46,068 nt of DNA from a virus: the IMG/VR virus record IMGVR_UViG_3300045988_011650, one strand, 5' to 3'. Within the stretch, counting starts at the first letter, position 1, and every line of letters starts with the position of its first letter. The notes below the pieces were generated by a model, which was not told where the DNA came from, did not search any database, and saw only the letters and a list, made by a program, of their open reading frames with translations. The translations under genes were made by a program, and so were the position numbers. Shown here piece after piece: positions 24,809-34,888 of the stretch.

Positions 24809-25414
24809 ATGACGAAAGAAAAGCTGATGGAGTGGGGCTTGACCGAGGAACAGGCCAACAAGGTTATGGAAGGGCTGAATGGTTCCTTTGTAACCAAGAG
24901 CCGGTTCAATGAGGTGAACGAGGAAAACAAGACCCTGAAAGCCCAAGTTTCTGAACGGGATGGGCAGATTGAAACCCTGAAGAAATCCGCTGGTGATAAC
25001 ACGGAACTTCAGAACCAGATCACCGCCCTTCAGGAAGCGAACAAGCAGAAGGACAAGGATCACGCCAATGAAATCAAGGCCCTGAAGATCAGCAATGCCG
25101 TTGATGTGGCCCTGACCAATGCCAAGGCCAAAAACAACACCGCTGTAAAGGCGCTGTTGGCCGCATTCTTGGAGAAGGCGGAACTGGCCGATGATGGCAC
25201 GGTGAAAGGGCTGGATGATGAAATTGGCAAGCTGACCAAGGGTGAGGACACGGCTTTTCTGTTCGACACCAGCGGCAAGGCCAAGTTTAAGGGAGCCAAA
25301 GCCGCTGAAAAGAGTGATCCCCACAATCAGCCCACCGGGGATGACCTTTCCAAAATGTCCTATGACGAACTGTGCAAGTACATGGAGGAAAACCCGGATG
25401 CGGTTTTGGAGTAA
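24809..25414 (+). CDS. Scaffolding protein (phage GP20-like)
   Basis: Coiled-coil Lys/Glu-rich 201 aa, FVTKSRFNEVNEENKTLKAQ, immediately upstream of the capsid gene. Confidence 0.8.
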   Translation: MTKEKLMEWGLTEEQANKVMEGLNGSFVTKSRFNEVNEENKTLKAQVSERDGQIETLKKSAGDNTELQNQITALQEANKQKDKDHANEIKALKISNAVDVALTNAKAKNNTAVKALLAAFLEKAELADDGTVKGLDDEIGKLTKGEDTAFLFDTSGKAKFKGAKAAEKSDPHNQPTGDDLSKMSYDELCKYMEENPDAVLE

Positions 25415-25452
25415 CCCACACAATTTGACTACACAGAAAGGAAGTTTGAACG

Positions 25453-26634
25453 ATGGCTAACAGCAAGTTTGATGCAAAGTCTTTCAACCCTGAAGCGTTT
25501 AAGTACATGGTTGGCCGTGTGCCTAACCTGACCCTGAACGCCCTGAAGAAGTCCCGTGCGCTGGCCGGGAACCCTGATATTCGGGCGGTGTTCACCAGTC
25601 AGAATGGCACCGGCTATGCCCGTCTTGCCATGCGTGGCCTTCTGGATGGGGATGCGGTGAACTATGACGGTGAAACCGACATTACCGCCACTTCCACCAA
25701 GACCTTTGAACAGGGCATGGTGGTTGTTGGCCGTGCCAAGGCATGGACTGAAAAGGACTTCAGCTATGACATTACGGGCGGCGTGGACTTCATGGGCAAT
25801 GTGTCCGCACAGGTTGCGGAGTACAAGGATACCTTGGATCAGAAAACCCTTCTTTCCATCCTGAAGGGTGTTTTTGCCATGCCCACCACCGATGCCAAGA
25901 ACAAGGAGTTTGTGGAGAAGCACAGCACCACGATTTATGCCCCTATGAGCGCCACCACCCTGAACAGCGCCGTGAACAAGGCTTGTGGAGCCAATAAGCA
26001 GAAGTTTTCTTTGGTGTTCATGCACAGTGATGTTGCCACCAACCTTGAAAACATGAAGCTGTTGGAGTTCATGAAACAGACGGACGGGGACGGCATTCAG
26101 AAGGATTTGACCCTTGCCACTTGGAATGGCCGCACTGTGGTTGTGGACGATGATCTTCCCGCCGTGACCGGCTATGCCGATGCTGAAGCGGACACCCCCG
26201 GCGCTTTGGTGATCAAGGCTTCCGGTGCTTCCGGTGCTTCTGAAATTGATCTTGCCAAGGCAACCCCCTACTTTGGCACCCGTACCCTTGCCGCTGATAT
26301 GTATGTGGTTCCCGCTACGCAGTACACCACCTTCATCATGGGCAACGGTGCTATCTCCTATGAAGATATTGGGGCCAAGGTTCCTTATGAAATGGCCCGT
26401 GACCCCAAGACCAACGGCGGTGTTGATACCCTGTATATGCGTCAGCGCAAGGTGTTCAGCCCCTATGGTATCAGCTATGAGAAGAAAAGTCAGACCAAGC
26501 TGTCCCCCACGGACACGGACTTGGAGAATGGGCAGAACTGGACGCTGGTTCACAGCGGGGAAAGCACTGCTTCCCAGCGCACCTATATCAACCACAAGGC
26601 CATTCCCATTGCCCGGATTCAGTCTTTGGGCTGA
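25453..26634 (+). CDS. Major capsid protein
   Basis: 393 aa, follows the scaffold gene, strong RBS, position in the head module. Confidence 0.8.
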   Translation: MANSKFDAKSFNPEAFKYMVGRVPNLTLNALKKSRALAGNPDIRAVFTSQNGTGYARLAMRGLLDGDAVNYDGETDITATSTKTFEQGMVVVGRAKAWTEKDFSYDITGGVDFMGNVSAQVAEYKDTLDQKTLLSILKGVFAMPTTDAKNKEFVEKHSTTIYAPMSATTLNSAVNKACGANKQKFSLVFMHSDVATNLENMKLLEFMKQTDGDGIQKDLTLATWNGRTVVVDDDLPAVTGYADAEADTPGALVIKASGASGASEIDLAKATPYFGTRTLAADMYVVPATQYTTFIMGNGAISYEDIGAKVPYEMARDPKTNGGVDTLYMRQRKVFSPYGISYEKKSQTKLSPTDTDLENGQNWTLVHSGESTASQRTYINHKAIPIARIQSLG

Positions 26635-26654
26635 TGGAATGGCGGTGATTCCCG

Positions 26655-27035
26655 TTGCGTGAACAGGTTATTGCAATGCTTACGGCCCTTGGCGTAACGG
26701 GGGCCGCTGAAGATCCCCTGTTGGATATTGTGATCAGCAATGTTCAATACAGGGTTCAAAACAAAACCAACCGAAAGGATATGCCTGAAGGGTTGGTGAG
26801 TGTGGCCGTCTATATGGCGGTTGGCGAATACCTGAACATGAAGAAGGTTTCCGGGCAGTTGGAAGGGTTTGACCTTGAAGCGGCAATCAAGCAAATTCAG
26901 GAAGGCGATACCAACACGGTTTTTGCCATTGGGGATGGGAATTTGACCCCTGAACAGCGGTTGAACAGTCTGATTGACTACCTGGCCAATGGGCGGAGCC
27001 GTGAACTTTACCGATTCAGGAAGTTTGTATGGTAA
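26655..27035 (+). CDS. Head-tail connector (gp6-like)
   Basis: Size and position after the capsid gene; TTG start after GGTGA. Confidence 0.55.
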   Translation: MREQVIAMLTALGVTGAAEDPLLDIVISNVQYRVQNKTNRKDMPEGLVSVAVYMAVGEYLNMKKVSGQLEGFDLEAAIKQIQEGDTNTVFAIGDGNLTPEQRLNSLIDYLANGRSRELYRFRKFVW

Positions 27036-27397
27036 ACGCCCACAGAAAAGCCCTTGAACGGTTGTGGAAGGATCGGTGTTCTATTTTCGTAAAAGAGAAA
27101 GTCACCGATCCAACCACACACCTGACTGACTTTGAAGAAAAGCCGCTTCTTCAGGATCAGCCCTGTAAATTGTCCTTTGAAACCTTAACTTCAAGTTCCG
27201 GTGATCCCGTGGCCGCTGTTGCCCAAACTGTGAAGCTGTTCTTGTCCCCTGATGTGGAAATCCCCGCTGGCTGTAAAATCGTTGTGACACGGTTCAACAA
27301 TCTTGAACGGAAGTTCACCTATTCTAAAAGCGGTGAAGCCGGGGTTTTCACCAACCATCAAGAAATCCAGTTGGAGCCGTGGAAGGGGTATGCCTAA
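27029..27397 (+). CDS. Head closure / head-tail adaptor protein
   Basis: Size and position; overlapping starts and stops. Confidence 0.5.
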   Translation: MVNAHRKALERLWKDRCSIFVKEKVTDPTTHLTDFEEKPLLQDQPCKLSFETLTSSSGDPVAAVAQTVKLFLSPDVEIPAGCKIVVTRFNNLERKFTYSKSGEAGVFTNHQEIQLEPWKGYA

Positions 27398-27879
27398 TGG
27401 CTAAATGGGGCAAATGCGATTTCAAGCAACTGGAACGGCTGAATAAGAACATGGAAAAGCTGATGGGGGCGGATTTGGACAGGTTTTGCCGCCAAGCCGC
27501 CCAAGAGTTGGCGGGGCGCTTGCTGAATAAGGTTGTGAAGCGGACACCTGTTGTATATGGCACCTTGCGGGATGCGTGGGCGGTAATGCCTGTGGGCCAC
27601 AGGGGAACCCATTACACAGTTGTTGTGCTGAATAACCTTCAGTATGCGTCCTATGTTGAATACGGCCACCGGCAACAGCCGGGGCGGTTCATCCCCGGTT
27701 ATTGGGAAAGTGACCGCTTTGTTTATGATCCCGATGCGGAAGGCGGGATGGTGCTGAAGAAAAATTGGGTAAAGGGGCGCTATATGCTGACCATTTCCAC
27801 ACAAGAACTGGAACAGCAAGCGCCTAAAATTCTGGAAAAGAAGTTGTATTTGTTCCTGAAGGGGTGTTTCGATGCTTAA
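27397..27879 (+). CDS. HK97 gp10-family neck/tail component
   Basis: VKRTPVVYGTLRDAW...LQYASYVEYGHRQ; TAATG overlap start. Confidence 0.7.
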   Translation: MAKWGKCDFKQLERLNKNMEKLMGADLDRFCRQAAQELAGRLLNKVVKRTPVVYGTLRDAWAVMPVGHRGTHYTVVVLNNLQYASYVEYGHRQQPGRFIPGYWESDRFVYDPDAEGGMVLKKNWVKGRYMLTISTQELEQQAPKILEKKLYLFLKGCFDA

Positions 27880-28303
27880 TGAGATTATCAAAGGAATTTC
27901 AATGGCACTGAACGCCGCCTTTGGGGATGGGTATGAAATCTATCAGAATGATGTGGAACAGGGTTTGAAAGAACCCTGTTTTTTGATTGCCGTTTTACAA
28001 CCGGAAATCACGCCCATGCTTGGGCGGCGCTTTATCAAGAGGAACCCATTTGACATTCAGTATTTTCCGACCAACCCCCGCAATAATGCGGAGATGTTCA
28101 CCGTTGCGGAAACGATGATGGAAGCCTTGGACTTCATCACGCTTCCCAGCGGTGATCTTCTTCATGGAACCAGCGTGAATTATGAGATTGTGGACAATGT
28201 ACTTCATTTCTTTGTGAACTATAACTTGCCCATGATCCGCCCCGCTGAAGAAACCTATATGGAAACCTTGGAAACCGAGGTTGGAACCATTGGAGGGGAT
28301 TAA
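27872..28303 (+). CDS. Tail completion / terminator-like protein (call based on position)
   Basis: 143 aa between the neck genes and the sheath gene. Confidence 0.4.
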   Translation: MLNEIIKGISMALNAAFGDGYEIYQNDVEQGLKEPCFLIAVLQPEITPMLGRRFIKRNPFDIQYFPTNPRNNAEMFTVAETMMEALDFITLPSGDLLHGTSVNYEIVDNVLHFFVNYNLPMIRPAEETYMETLETEVGTIGGD

Positions 28304-28305
28304 AA

Positions 28306-28521
28306 ATGCCTACGACCAAAACCAGAAAGCCCAAGACAGCGGAAGCGGCCCCGCCTGTTTCCAATGTCCCGGTTTTCACCAAAAGAAATATCCTGACCTT
28401 CCAGCGATACGCCAAGCGGCGTGATCTTCTGTCCGTTTTGCTGGAAGATGGAAAGGAATACACGATGGAGCAGGTGGACAGCTTGCTTCAAAACTTTTTC
28501 AAGAAAGGCAAGGTGAATTGA
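28306..28521 (+). CDS. Hypothetical basic protein
   Basis: 71-aa ORF tightly packed before the sheath gene. Confidence 0.45.
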   Translation: MPTTKTRKPKTAEAAPPVSNVPVFTKRNILTFQRYAKRRDLLSVLLEDGKEYTMEQVDSLLQNFFKKGKVN

Positions 28522-28522
28522 T

Positions 28523-29839
28523 ATGGCCCTTGGCGGCGGCACTTTTTTGACGCAGAACAAGATTCTGCCCGGTGCATATATCAACTTCATTTCGGTTGCG
28601 AATGCAAGCGCCACCCTCTCTGATCGTGGTATTGCGACCATCCCCCTTGAAATGAATTGGGGGCCTGAAGGTGAGGTTATCACCGTTGAACTTGGGGAGT
28701 TCCAGAAGAATTCCCAAAAGATTTTCGGCTATGCGTACACGGCGGACGAACTGAAGCCCATGCGTGAGATTTTCAAACACGCCCAAACGGTTCACTTCTT
28801 CCGCCTGAATTCCAGCGGCGCAAAGGCCGCTTGCACTTATGCAACGGCCAAATACCCCGGCACCCGTGGGAATGACCTTCGTATTGTCATTGAGGAAAAT
28901 GAAAACAGTCAGCCGGAAAGCAAACTGTATGATGTTTCCACTTTCCTTGGCACTGTCCAAGTGGATCAGCAGAAGGCCATTTCTAAAATGACTGACCTGA
29001 AGCCCAATGATTATGTGGACTTCAAAACAGAAGGAAGCCTTGCTGTGACTGCTTCCACCCCCCTTACCAGCGGCACCAATGGGAGTGTGGAGGATGCGGC
29101 TTATCAAACCTATCTGGATAAGATGGAAGCCTATACCTTCAACGCTATGGGTTGCCCCACCAACAAATCCACCATTGCTGAACTGTTTTCTGCCTTCTGT
29201 AAGCGGATGCGGGATGATGTGGGCAAGAAGTTTCAGGTGGTATGCTTCCGCAAGCTGGCCGACTATGAAGGCACCGTGAGTGTGAAGAACACCATTGTTG
29301 GTGAAACCGATGATCCCGCCCTGATCCCGTGGGCAACCGGCGTGATTGCGGGAACCGCCGTGAATAAGTCCGCAACCAATATGGACTATGACGGGGAATA
29401 TCAGATTGATACTGATTATACCCAAAGCGAATTGGAAGCCGGTATTCTGGAAGGTTCGTTCATGTTCCATCTGGTGGATGAAAAGGTTGTGGTTTTGGAG
29501 GATATTAACACCTTCATTTCCGTGACGGATGAAAAGTCCGGGGACTTTTCCAGCAATCAGACAATCCGGGTTCTGGATCAGATTGCCAATGATATTGCTG
29601 TTCTGTTCGGCAAGAAGTACCTTGGCAAAGTTCCCAATGACGCTTCCGGGCGGATCAGCCTGTGGAACGATATTGTGAAGCACCATCAGGAGCTTCAGAA
29701 TATCCGGGCTATTGAGAACTTCTCCAGCGATAATGTGACGGTTGCCCAAGGCGATACCAAGAAGGCCGTTGTGGTGACGGACTATGTTACCCCGGTCAAC
29801 GCTATGGCCCAGCTTTATATGACTGTCTATGTCCAGTAA
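28523..29839 (+). CDS. Tail sheath protein (XkdK-like)
   Basis: MALGGGTFLTQNKILPGAYINF N-terminus typical of PBSX-type sheaths; 438 aa. Confidence 0.9.
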   Translation: MALGGGTFLTQNKILPGAYINFISVANASATLSDRGIATIPLEMNWGPEGEVITVELGEFQKNSQKIFGYAYTADELKPMREIFKHAQTVHFFRLNSSGAKAACTYATAKYPGTRGNDLRIVIEENENSQPESKLYDVSTFLGTVQVDQQKAISKMTDLKPNDYVDFKTEGSLAVTASTPLTSGTNGSVEDAAYQTYLDKMEAYTFNAMGCPTNKSTIAELFSAFCKRMRDDVGKKFQVVCFRKLADYEGTVSVKNTIVGETDDPALIPWATGVIAGTAVNKSATNMDYDGEYQIDTDYTQSELEAGILEGSFMFHLVDEKVVVLEDINTFISVTDEKSGDFSSNQTIRVLDQIANDIAVLFGKKYLGKVPNDASGRISLWNDIVKHHQELQNIRAIENFSSDNVTVAQGDTKKAVVVTDYVTPVNAMAQLYMTVYVQ

Positions 29840-29858
29840 GAAAGGGGTGTAAGAGTAT

Positions 29859-30329
29859 ATGGCAACTGTAATGCAAGCCAAGGACGCAGTTTCCGCTTCT
29901 TTGGCCGAATGCTTTGTAACCATTGGGGATAACCGTTACAATTTCATGCAGGCTATCAACCTTGAAGCCAACTTTGAGAAGAATAAGACGGAAATCCCCA
30001 TTTTGGGCAAGACCGGCAAGGGTAACAAATCCACCGGTTGGAGTGGTACGGGTTCCGCAACCTTCCACTATAACACCAGCATTTTCCGCCAAATGATGAA
30101 GCAGTACAAGGACACCGGCGAGGATGTCTATTTTGACATTCAAGTGACCAATGAAGATCCCACTTCTTCTGTGGGCCGTCAAACCGTGATCCTGAAGGAT
30201 TGCAACATTGATGGCGGCATTCTTACCAAGTTTGACGCTGATGCGGAATACTTGGATGAAGATATGGACTTCACTTTTGAGGATTTCGAGATGCCGGAAG
30301 CCTTTACCCTGCTTGCGGGAATGGAGTAA
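29859..30329 (+). CDS. Tail tube protein (XkdM-like)
   Basis: 156 aa, follows the sheath gene; GKTGKGNKSTGWSGTGSATFHYNTS. Confidence 0.85.
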   Translation: MATVMQAKDAVSASLAECFVTIGDNRYNFMQAINLEANFEKNKTEIPILGKTGKGNKSTGWSGTGSATFHYNTSIFRQMMKQYKDTGEDVYFDIQVTNEDPTSSVGRQTVILKDCNIDGGILTKFDADAEYLDEDMDFTFEDFEMPEAFTLLAGME

Positions 30330-30337
30330 CATTGCCA

Positions 30338-30380
30338 AAACCCGCCCCATTTTGATAATGTGGGCGGGTTTTTCTTTTTT
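30338..30380 (+). terminator. Rho-independent terminator/attenuator after the tube gene
   Basis: AAACCCGCCC ... GGGCGGGTTT stem followed by a T-rich run TTTTTCTTTTTT. Confidence 0.7.
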
Positions 30381-30407
30381 CAATTTCAAAATAGGAGGAT
30401 TTTAACA

Positions 30408-30851
30408 ATGAGTTTGTCTGCTTTTCTGGCTGAAAATGCCCTGTCCGTTGAGAATGTGAAGTTTGTTGCTTCCAAGCGGTTTTTGTCTGATGAATTGGAC
30501 GATAAGGGCAAGCGGAAGCCTATGGAATGGGAGATCAAGGCCATTACCGGCACCGAGGATGAAGCCCTTCGGAAGTCCTGTGCCAAGCGGTTTCCCGTTC
30601 CCGGCAAGAAAAACCAGTATCAGAAGGAAACCGACTATGATCTGTACCTTGGCAAGCTGGCTGTGGCCTGTACGGTGTTCCCCAACCTGAATGACAAGGA
30701 ACTTCAGGACAGCTATAAGGTGATGGGCGCTGAAGCCCTTCTGAAAACCATGCTGACCCCCGGCGAGTATGCCGATTACCTGACCAAAGTTCAGGAGGTT
30801 TGCGGGTTTGAAACCACCCTTCAGGATGAGGTGGACGAGGCAAAAAACTAA
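30408..30851 (+). CDS. Tail assembly chaperone (XkdN-like), zero-frame product
   Basis: ATG after AGGAGG; lies between the tube and tape-measure genes. Confidence 0.8.
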   Translation: MSLSAFLAENALSVENVKFVASKRFLSDELDDKGKRKPMEWEIKAITGTEDEALRKSCAKRFPVPGKKNQYQKETDYDLYLGKLAVACTVFPNLNDKELQDSYKVMGAEALLKTMLTPGEYADYLTKVQEVCGFETTLQDEVDEAKN

Positions 30852-31045
30852 TTGAAGAAGGTGATGGTGAAGCAAATATCGCTTACTATTGCCTTCACGA
30901 ACTGCATTTGACACCATCTGCTTTTCTGGACTTGCCCCGGAAAGAACGGGCCTTCATTATTGCGGCCATTGATATTCGGGTGGAGCGGGAAAAGAAGAAA
31001 CAGAAAGAAATTGAACGGAAACAGCGCCGGGGCCGCAGAAAGTAA
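30408..31045 (+). CDS. Tail assembly chaperone, -1 frameshift fusion product (G/GT-type)
   Basis: Slippery heptamer A_AAA_AAC at 30842-30848, just before the stop at 30849. The -1 frame is open from 30830 to TAA at 31043-31045 and encodes ...KKLIEEGDGEANIAYYCLHELHLTPSAFLDLPRKERAFIIAAIDIRVEREKKKQ... Confidence 0.7.
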
Positions 31046-31089
31046 CTGTTGGCCCCGGCCCTCTGCTATGGAAAGAAGGTGAACCCCTA

Positions 31090-33243
31090 TTGGCAACCAT
31101 TAGAACGGCAATCGCCCTATATGACGGTGTTACTGCCCCGCTGAAGTCCATGCACAAGGCTATGAACATTGTGCTGAACAGCTTTGAAGCCATGCAACGG
31201 GCTTCTGGTAATTCTGTGGACACTTCAGCCATTCGGGAAGCCCGTGAAGAACTGGCAAGAGCCGGGGCCGCCTTCGATTCCATTGAAGAAAATATTCGGA
31301 ATGCTGGCAACCAGCAAGACCGCTTCAACAGGCGGATCAGGGACGGCAGCACCGCCGCTGATGGCCTTTGGAGCAAGCTAAAAGGCATTGCGGCCACCGT
31401 GGGTGGGTTGGCGGCTGTAAAGAAAATTCCTGGGGTTTCTGACCAGCTTACCAGCACAAATGCCCGGTTGAATAACGCCATGATCAACTTTGATGATGGC
31501 GGTTCCCTTACTGACCTTGAAAAAAAGGTAATGGCTTCGGCGCAACGATCCAGAACTTCCTATATGGATGCCGCTTCTTCCATTGCAAAATTGGGCCTAA
31601 ATGCCCGTGATGCGTTTGGAAGTATGGATGAAGTGATTGCCTTCCAAGAACTGATTAACAAACAGTTTATTATTGGCGGTGCGAGTGTTCAGGAACAGCA
31701 AGCCGCCATGATCCAGCTTACCCAAGCAATGGCTTCCGGTGTGCTTCGTGGTGAAGAACTAAACAGCGTATTTGAACAGGCCCCCGGAATTATTCAGAGT
31801 ATAGCAGATTACTTGGATGTTTCCATTGGTGAAATCCGGGCTATGGCCGCAGAAGGTCAACTGACCGCCGATGTAGTGAAAAATGCCATGTTTGCGGCGG
31901 CGGATGATATTGAAACCAAGTTTTCAAATATGCCCAAAACTTGGGGGCAAATTTGGATCGGGATGAAGAACAAGGCCCTGTCTATCTTCAATCCTATTCT
32001 GAACAAGGTAAATCAAGTTGCTAATAGCGAAAAGTTCACCCAAGTAACGAATGGAGTTATCAACGGCCTTGCCGGGATCGCTTCTGTTGCAACGGTGGTG
32101 CTTGACCTTCTGATTGGCGGTGCCGCTTTGGTGGTGGATAATTGGTCATGGCTTGCCCCTATTGTTGGCGGTGTTGCAACGGCTTTTCTTGTTTTGAATG
32201 GAGCCATGCTTGCCTATAAAACAGTGACCGGCATTGTGAATGCGCTGGAAACCGTAAAGGCCGCAAGACTGGCTATGACTACCGTTGCAACCGGAGCACA
32301 GACCACCGCCACCTTTGCCCAAACAGAGGCCCAATACGGCCTGAATGCGGCTTTGATGGCTTGCCCCCTTACATGGATTATCATTCTGATTATCGCCCTT
32401 GTAGCCCTGTTCTATGCGGCTGTGGCGGCGGTCAATCATTTTGCAGGTACAAGCGTTTCCGCAACCGGCCTGATTTGTGGCGCATTTATGACGGCGCTGG
32501 CCTTCATCGGGAATATCTTTGTGGCCCTGTGGAACTTGGTTGTAGATGTGTTCGTGATGATCTACAACCTTGTGGCTACGGTTGCAAACTTCATCGGAAA
32601 TGTATTCAATGATCCGGTTGGGGCTGTGGCCCGTCTATTTTTCGACTTGGCGGACACGGTTCTTTCCGTCCTTCAGGCTTTGGCTTCGGCCATTGATACT
32701 ATCTTCGGTTCTAACCTTGCCGGTTCCGTCCAAGGCTGGCGTGACAGCTTGGGCGGTTGGGTGGATTCCACCTTTGGCAAGGGTGAAGAAATCATGGAAA
32801 AGCTGAATGCGGAAGATCTTCATTTGGGCCGCTTCGAGTATGGAGCCGCCTTTGATATGGGGTATGAATTCGGCCAAGGCGTGGAAGATACCGTGGGCGG
32901 CTTGTTCGACTTTTCCGCAATGGACAGCTTGGGGGCCGCTGATGGGCTGGATGCCTTCAACCTTGGGAACACCCTTGATGGTATCTATGGCAACACCGGG
33001 GACACAGCGGGGAACACCGCCGCCATGAGTGATGCCCTTGACATTGCGGAAGAAGATTTGGCCTATATGCGGGATATTGCCGAGCGGGAAGCAATCAACC
33101 GGTTCACCACCGCTGAAATCAAGGTTGAACAGCACAATGAAAACCACATTTCCAAAGATACCGACCTTGACGGGATTATGGATGCGTGGGCCAATGATTT
33201 TGCTGAAAAGCTGGATGTGTCTGAAGAAGGGGTGCATGAGTAA
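31090..33243 (+). CDS. Tail tape measure protein
   Basis: 717 aa; LTQAMASGVLRGEELNSVFEQAPGIIQSIADYL...GQLTADVVKNAM tape-measure core; central hydrophobic segments; TTG start after GAAGGTGA. Confidence 0.9.
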   Translation: MATIRTAIALYDGVTAPLKSMHKAMNIVLNSFEAMQRASGNSVDTSAIREAREELARAGAAFDSIEENIRNAGNQQDRFNRRIRDGSTAADGLWSKLKGIAATVGGLAAVKKIPGVSDQLTSTNARLNNAMINFDDGGSLTDLEKKVMASAQRSRTSYMDAASSIAKLGLNARDAFGSMDEVIAFQELINKQFIIGGASVQEQQAAMIQLTQAMASGVLRGEELNSVFEQAPGIIQSIADYLDVSIGEIRAMAAEGQLTADVVKNAMFAAADDIETKFSNMPKTWGQIWIGMKNKALSIFNPILNKVNQVANSEKFTQVTNGVINGLAGIASVATVVLDLLIGGAALVVDNWSWLAPIVGGVATAFLVLNGAMLAYKTVTGIVNALETVKAARLAMTTVATGAQTTATFAQTEAQYGLNAALMACPLTWIIILIIALVALFYAAVAAVNHFAGTSVSATGLICGAFMTALAFIGNIFVALWNLVVDVFVMIYNLVATVANFIGNVFNDPVGAVARLFFDLADTVLSVLQALASAIDTIFGSNLAGSVQGWRDSLGGWVDSTFGKGEEIMEKLNAEDLHLGRFEYGAAFDMGYEFGQGVEDTVGGLFDFSAMDSLGAADGLDAFNLGNTLDGIYGNTGDTAGNTAAMSDALDIAEEDLAYMRDIAEREAINRFTTAEIKVEQHNENHISKDTDLDGIMDAWANDFAEKLDVSEEGVHE

Positions 33244-33914
33244 TGGCATACAAAATGTACTTGGATGGTGTGCTTATGCCCATCACCCCTTCCAAGGTAA
33301 CGGTGAAGATCAATAACCAGAACAAAACCATGACGCTGATCAATGGGGAAGAGATCAACATTCTGAAAGCCGCCGCTTTGTCTGATGTTTCTTTTGAACT
33401 GTTGCTTCCCCAAGTTTCCTACCCCTTTACCAATGGGGGCGCACAATCGGCAAGCTATTACATTTCCCTGTTTGAACGGTTGAAAAACAGCAAAGAACCG
33501 TTTCAATGGATTTTGAACCGGCAACGCCCAGCGGGTGGGATGTTCTTCTATACCAACCTAACGGTTGGAATGGAAAATTATGAACTGGTTGATGATGCCG
33601 GAGCCGGATTTGATGTGAAGGTGAAAGTGAGCCTGAAACAATATAGGGCTTACGGCACAAAAACCGTCAAATTGAAACCGGCCCCCACACCGGCTGAAAA
33701 GCCGAAAGCAACAGTACAACCGGCCCCCCGTCCGGCACCTTCCGCCCCGAAAAAAAGCACCTACACTGTAAAAAGTGGGGATTGCCTTTGGAATATCGCC
33801 AAGAAATATCTTGGGGACGGTTCCAGATACAACGAAATTTATAATCTGAACAAGGATAAGATCAAAAATCCCAATCTGATCTATCCCAATCAGGTTCTTA
33901 CCTTGCCTTCCTGA
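33243..33914 (+). CDS. LysM-domain tail protein (XkdP-like)
   Basis: C-terminal YTVKSGDCLWNIAKKYLGDGSRYNEIYNLNKDKIKNPNLIYPNQVLTLP. Confidence 0.85.
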   Translation: MAYKMYLDGVLMPITPSKVTVKINNQNKTMTLINGEEINILKAAALSDVSFELLLPQVSYPFTNGGAQSASYYISLFERLKNSKEPFQWILNRQRPAGGMFFYTNLTVGMENYELVDDAGAGFDVKVKVSLKQYRAYGTKTVKLKPAPTPAEKPKATVQPAPRPAPSAPKKSTYTVKSGDCLWNIAKKYLGDGSRYNEIYNLNKDKIKNPNLIYPNQVLTLPS

Positions 33915-33928
33915 AAGGGGTGATCTGA

Positions 33929-34888
33929 ATGGCAGTTGAACTTTTCATTCAACACAATAGCACAATTCAATATCCGGTTGTTGAAGAAGGGGCAAAACTG
34001 ACCTTGGAGAGAAAAGGCACCCCCGGAAAGCTGGAATTTACGGTGGTCAAAGCCCCCGGATTGAACTTCCAAGAAGGTGATCCGGTGAAGCTGACGGTGG
34101 ACGGAACCCCCATGTTCTATGGCTTTGTTTTCAAGAAAAAGCGGGACAAGGGCGGAACCATTGATGTTGTGGCCTATGATCAGTTGCGGTATCTGAAGAA
34201 TAAAGACACCCTGACAGAAGAAGGGCTGAAGGCTTCCGATTTGCTGAAGCGGCTGGCTGGTGACTTCCGCCTAAACCTTGGGACGGTGGAAGATACCGGA
34301 TACACCATTGAAACCATTGTGGAGGAAAACCAAACGCTGTTTGATATGATCCAGAATGCCCTTGATGAAACCCTGATGAACACCAAACAGCTTTTTGTTC
34401 TCTATGATGATGTGGGCAAGCTGTCCCTGAAGAACATCAATTCCATGAAGCTGAACCTTCTGATTGATGAAGAAACCGGGGAAAACTTCAGCTATGAATC
34501 CAGCATTGATGAACAGACCTATAACAAAATCAAGTTGGCCTTCAACAATGAAAAAACCGGTAAGCGGGAACTGTTTATAGCCCAAGACGGGGAGAAAATG
34601 AACCAATGGGGTGTTCTTCAATATTTTGAAGAAGTTCAGACCAAAACCGGTGCTTCCGCCAAGGCCAACGCCCTGTTGAAGCTGTATGACCAAAAAACCC
34701 GCCACCTGACCATTCAAAATGCTTTAGGAGATGTTCGGGTAAGGGCCGGAAATGCGGTTGTGGTTGCCCTGAACCTTGGGGATATTATCACCAACAACTT
34801 TATGGTTGTGAACCGTGTAACCCACACTTTCCGGGATAATGAACACCGGATGGAACTTGACCTGATCGGGGGTGAATTTATTGCCTAA
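33929..34888 (+). CDS. XkdQ/YqbQ-like (late control D-like) baseplate hub protein
   Basis: Size and synteny after the LysM protein. Confidence 0.7.
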   Translation: MAVELFIQHNSTIQYPVVEEGAKLTLERKGTPGKLEFTVVKAPGLNFQEGDPVKLTVDGTPMFYGFVFKKKRDKGGTIDVVAYDQLRYLKNKDTLTEEGLKASDLLKRLAGDFRLNLGTVEDTGYTIETIVEENQTLFDMIQNALDETLMNTKQLFVLYDDVGKLSLKNINSMKLNLLIDEETGENFSYESSIDEQTYNKIKLAFNNEKTGKRELFIAQDGEKMNQWGVLQYFEEVQTKTGASAKANALLKLYDQKTRHLTIQNALGDVRVRAGNAVVVALNLGDIITNNFMVVNRVTHTFRDNEHRMELDLIGGEFIA

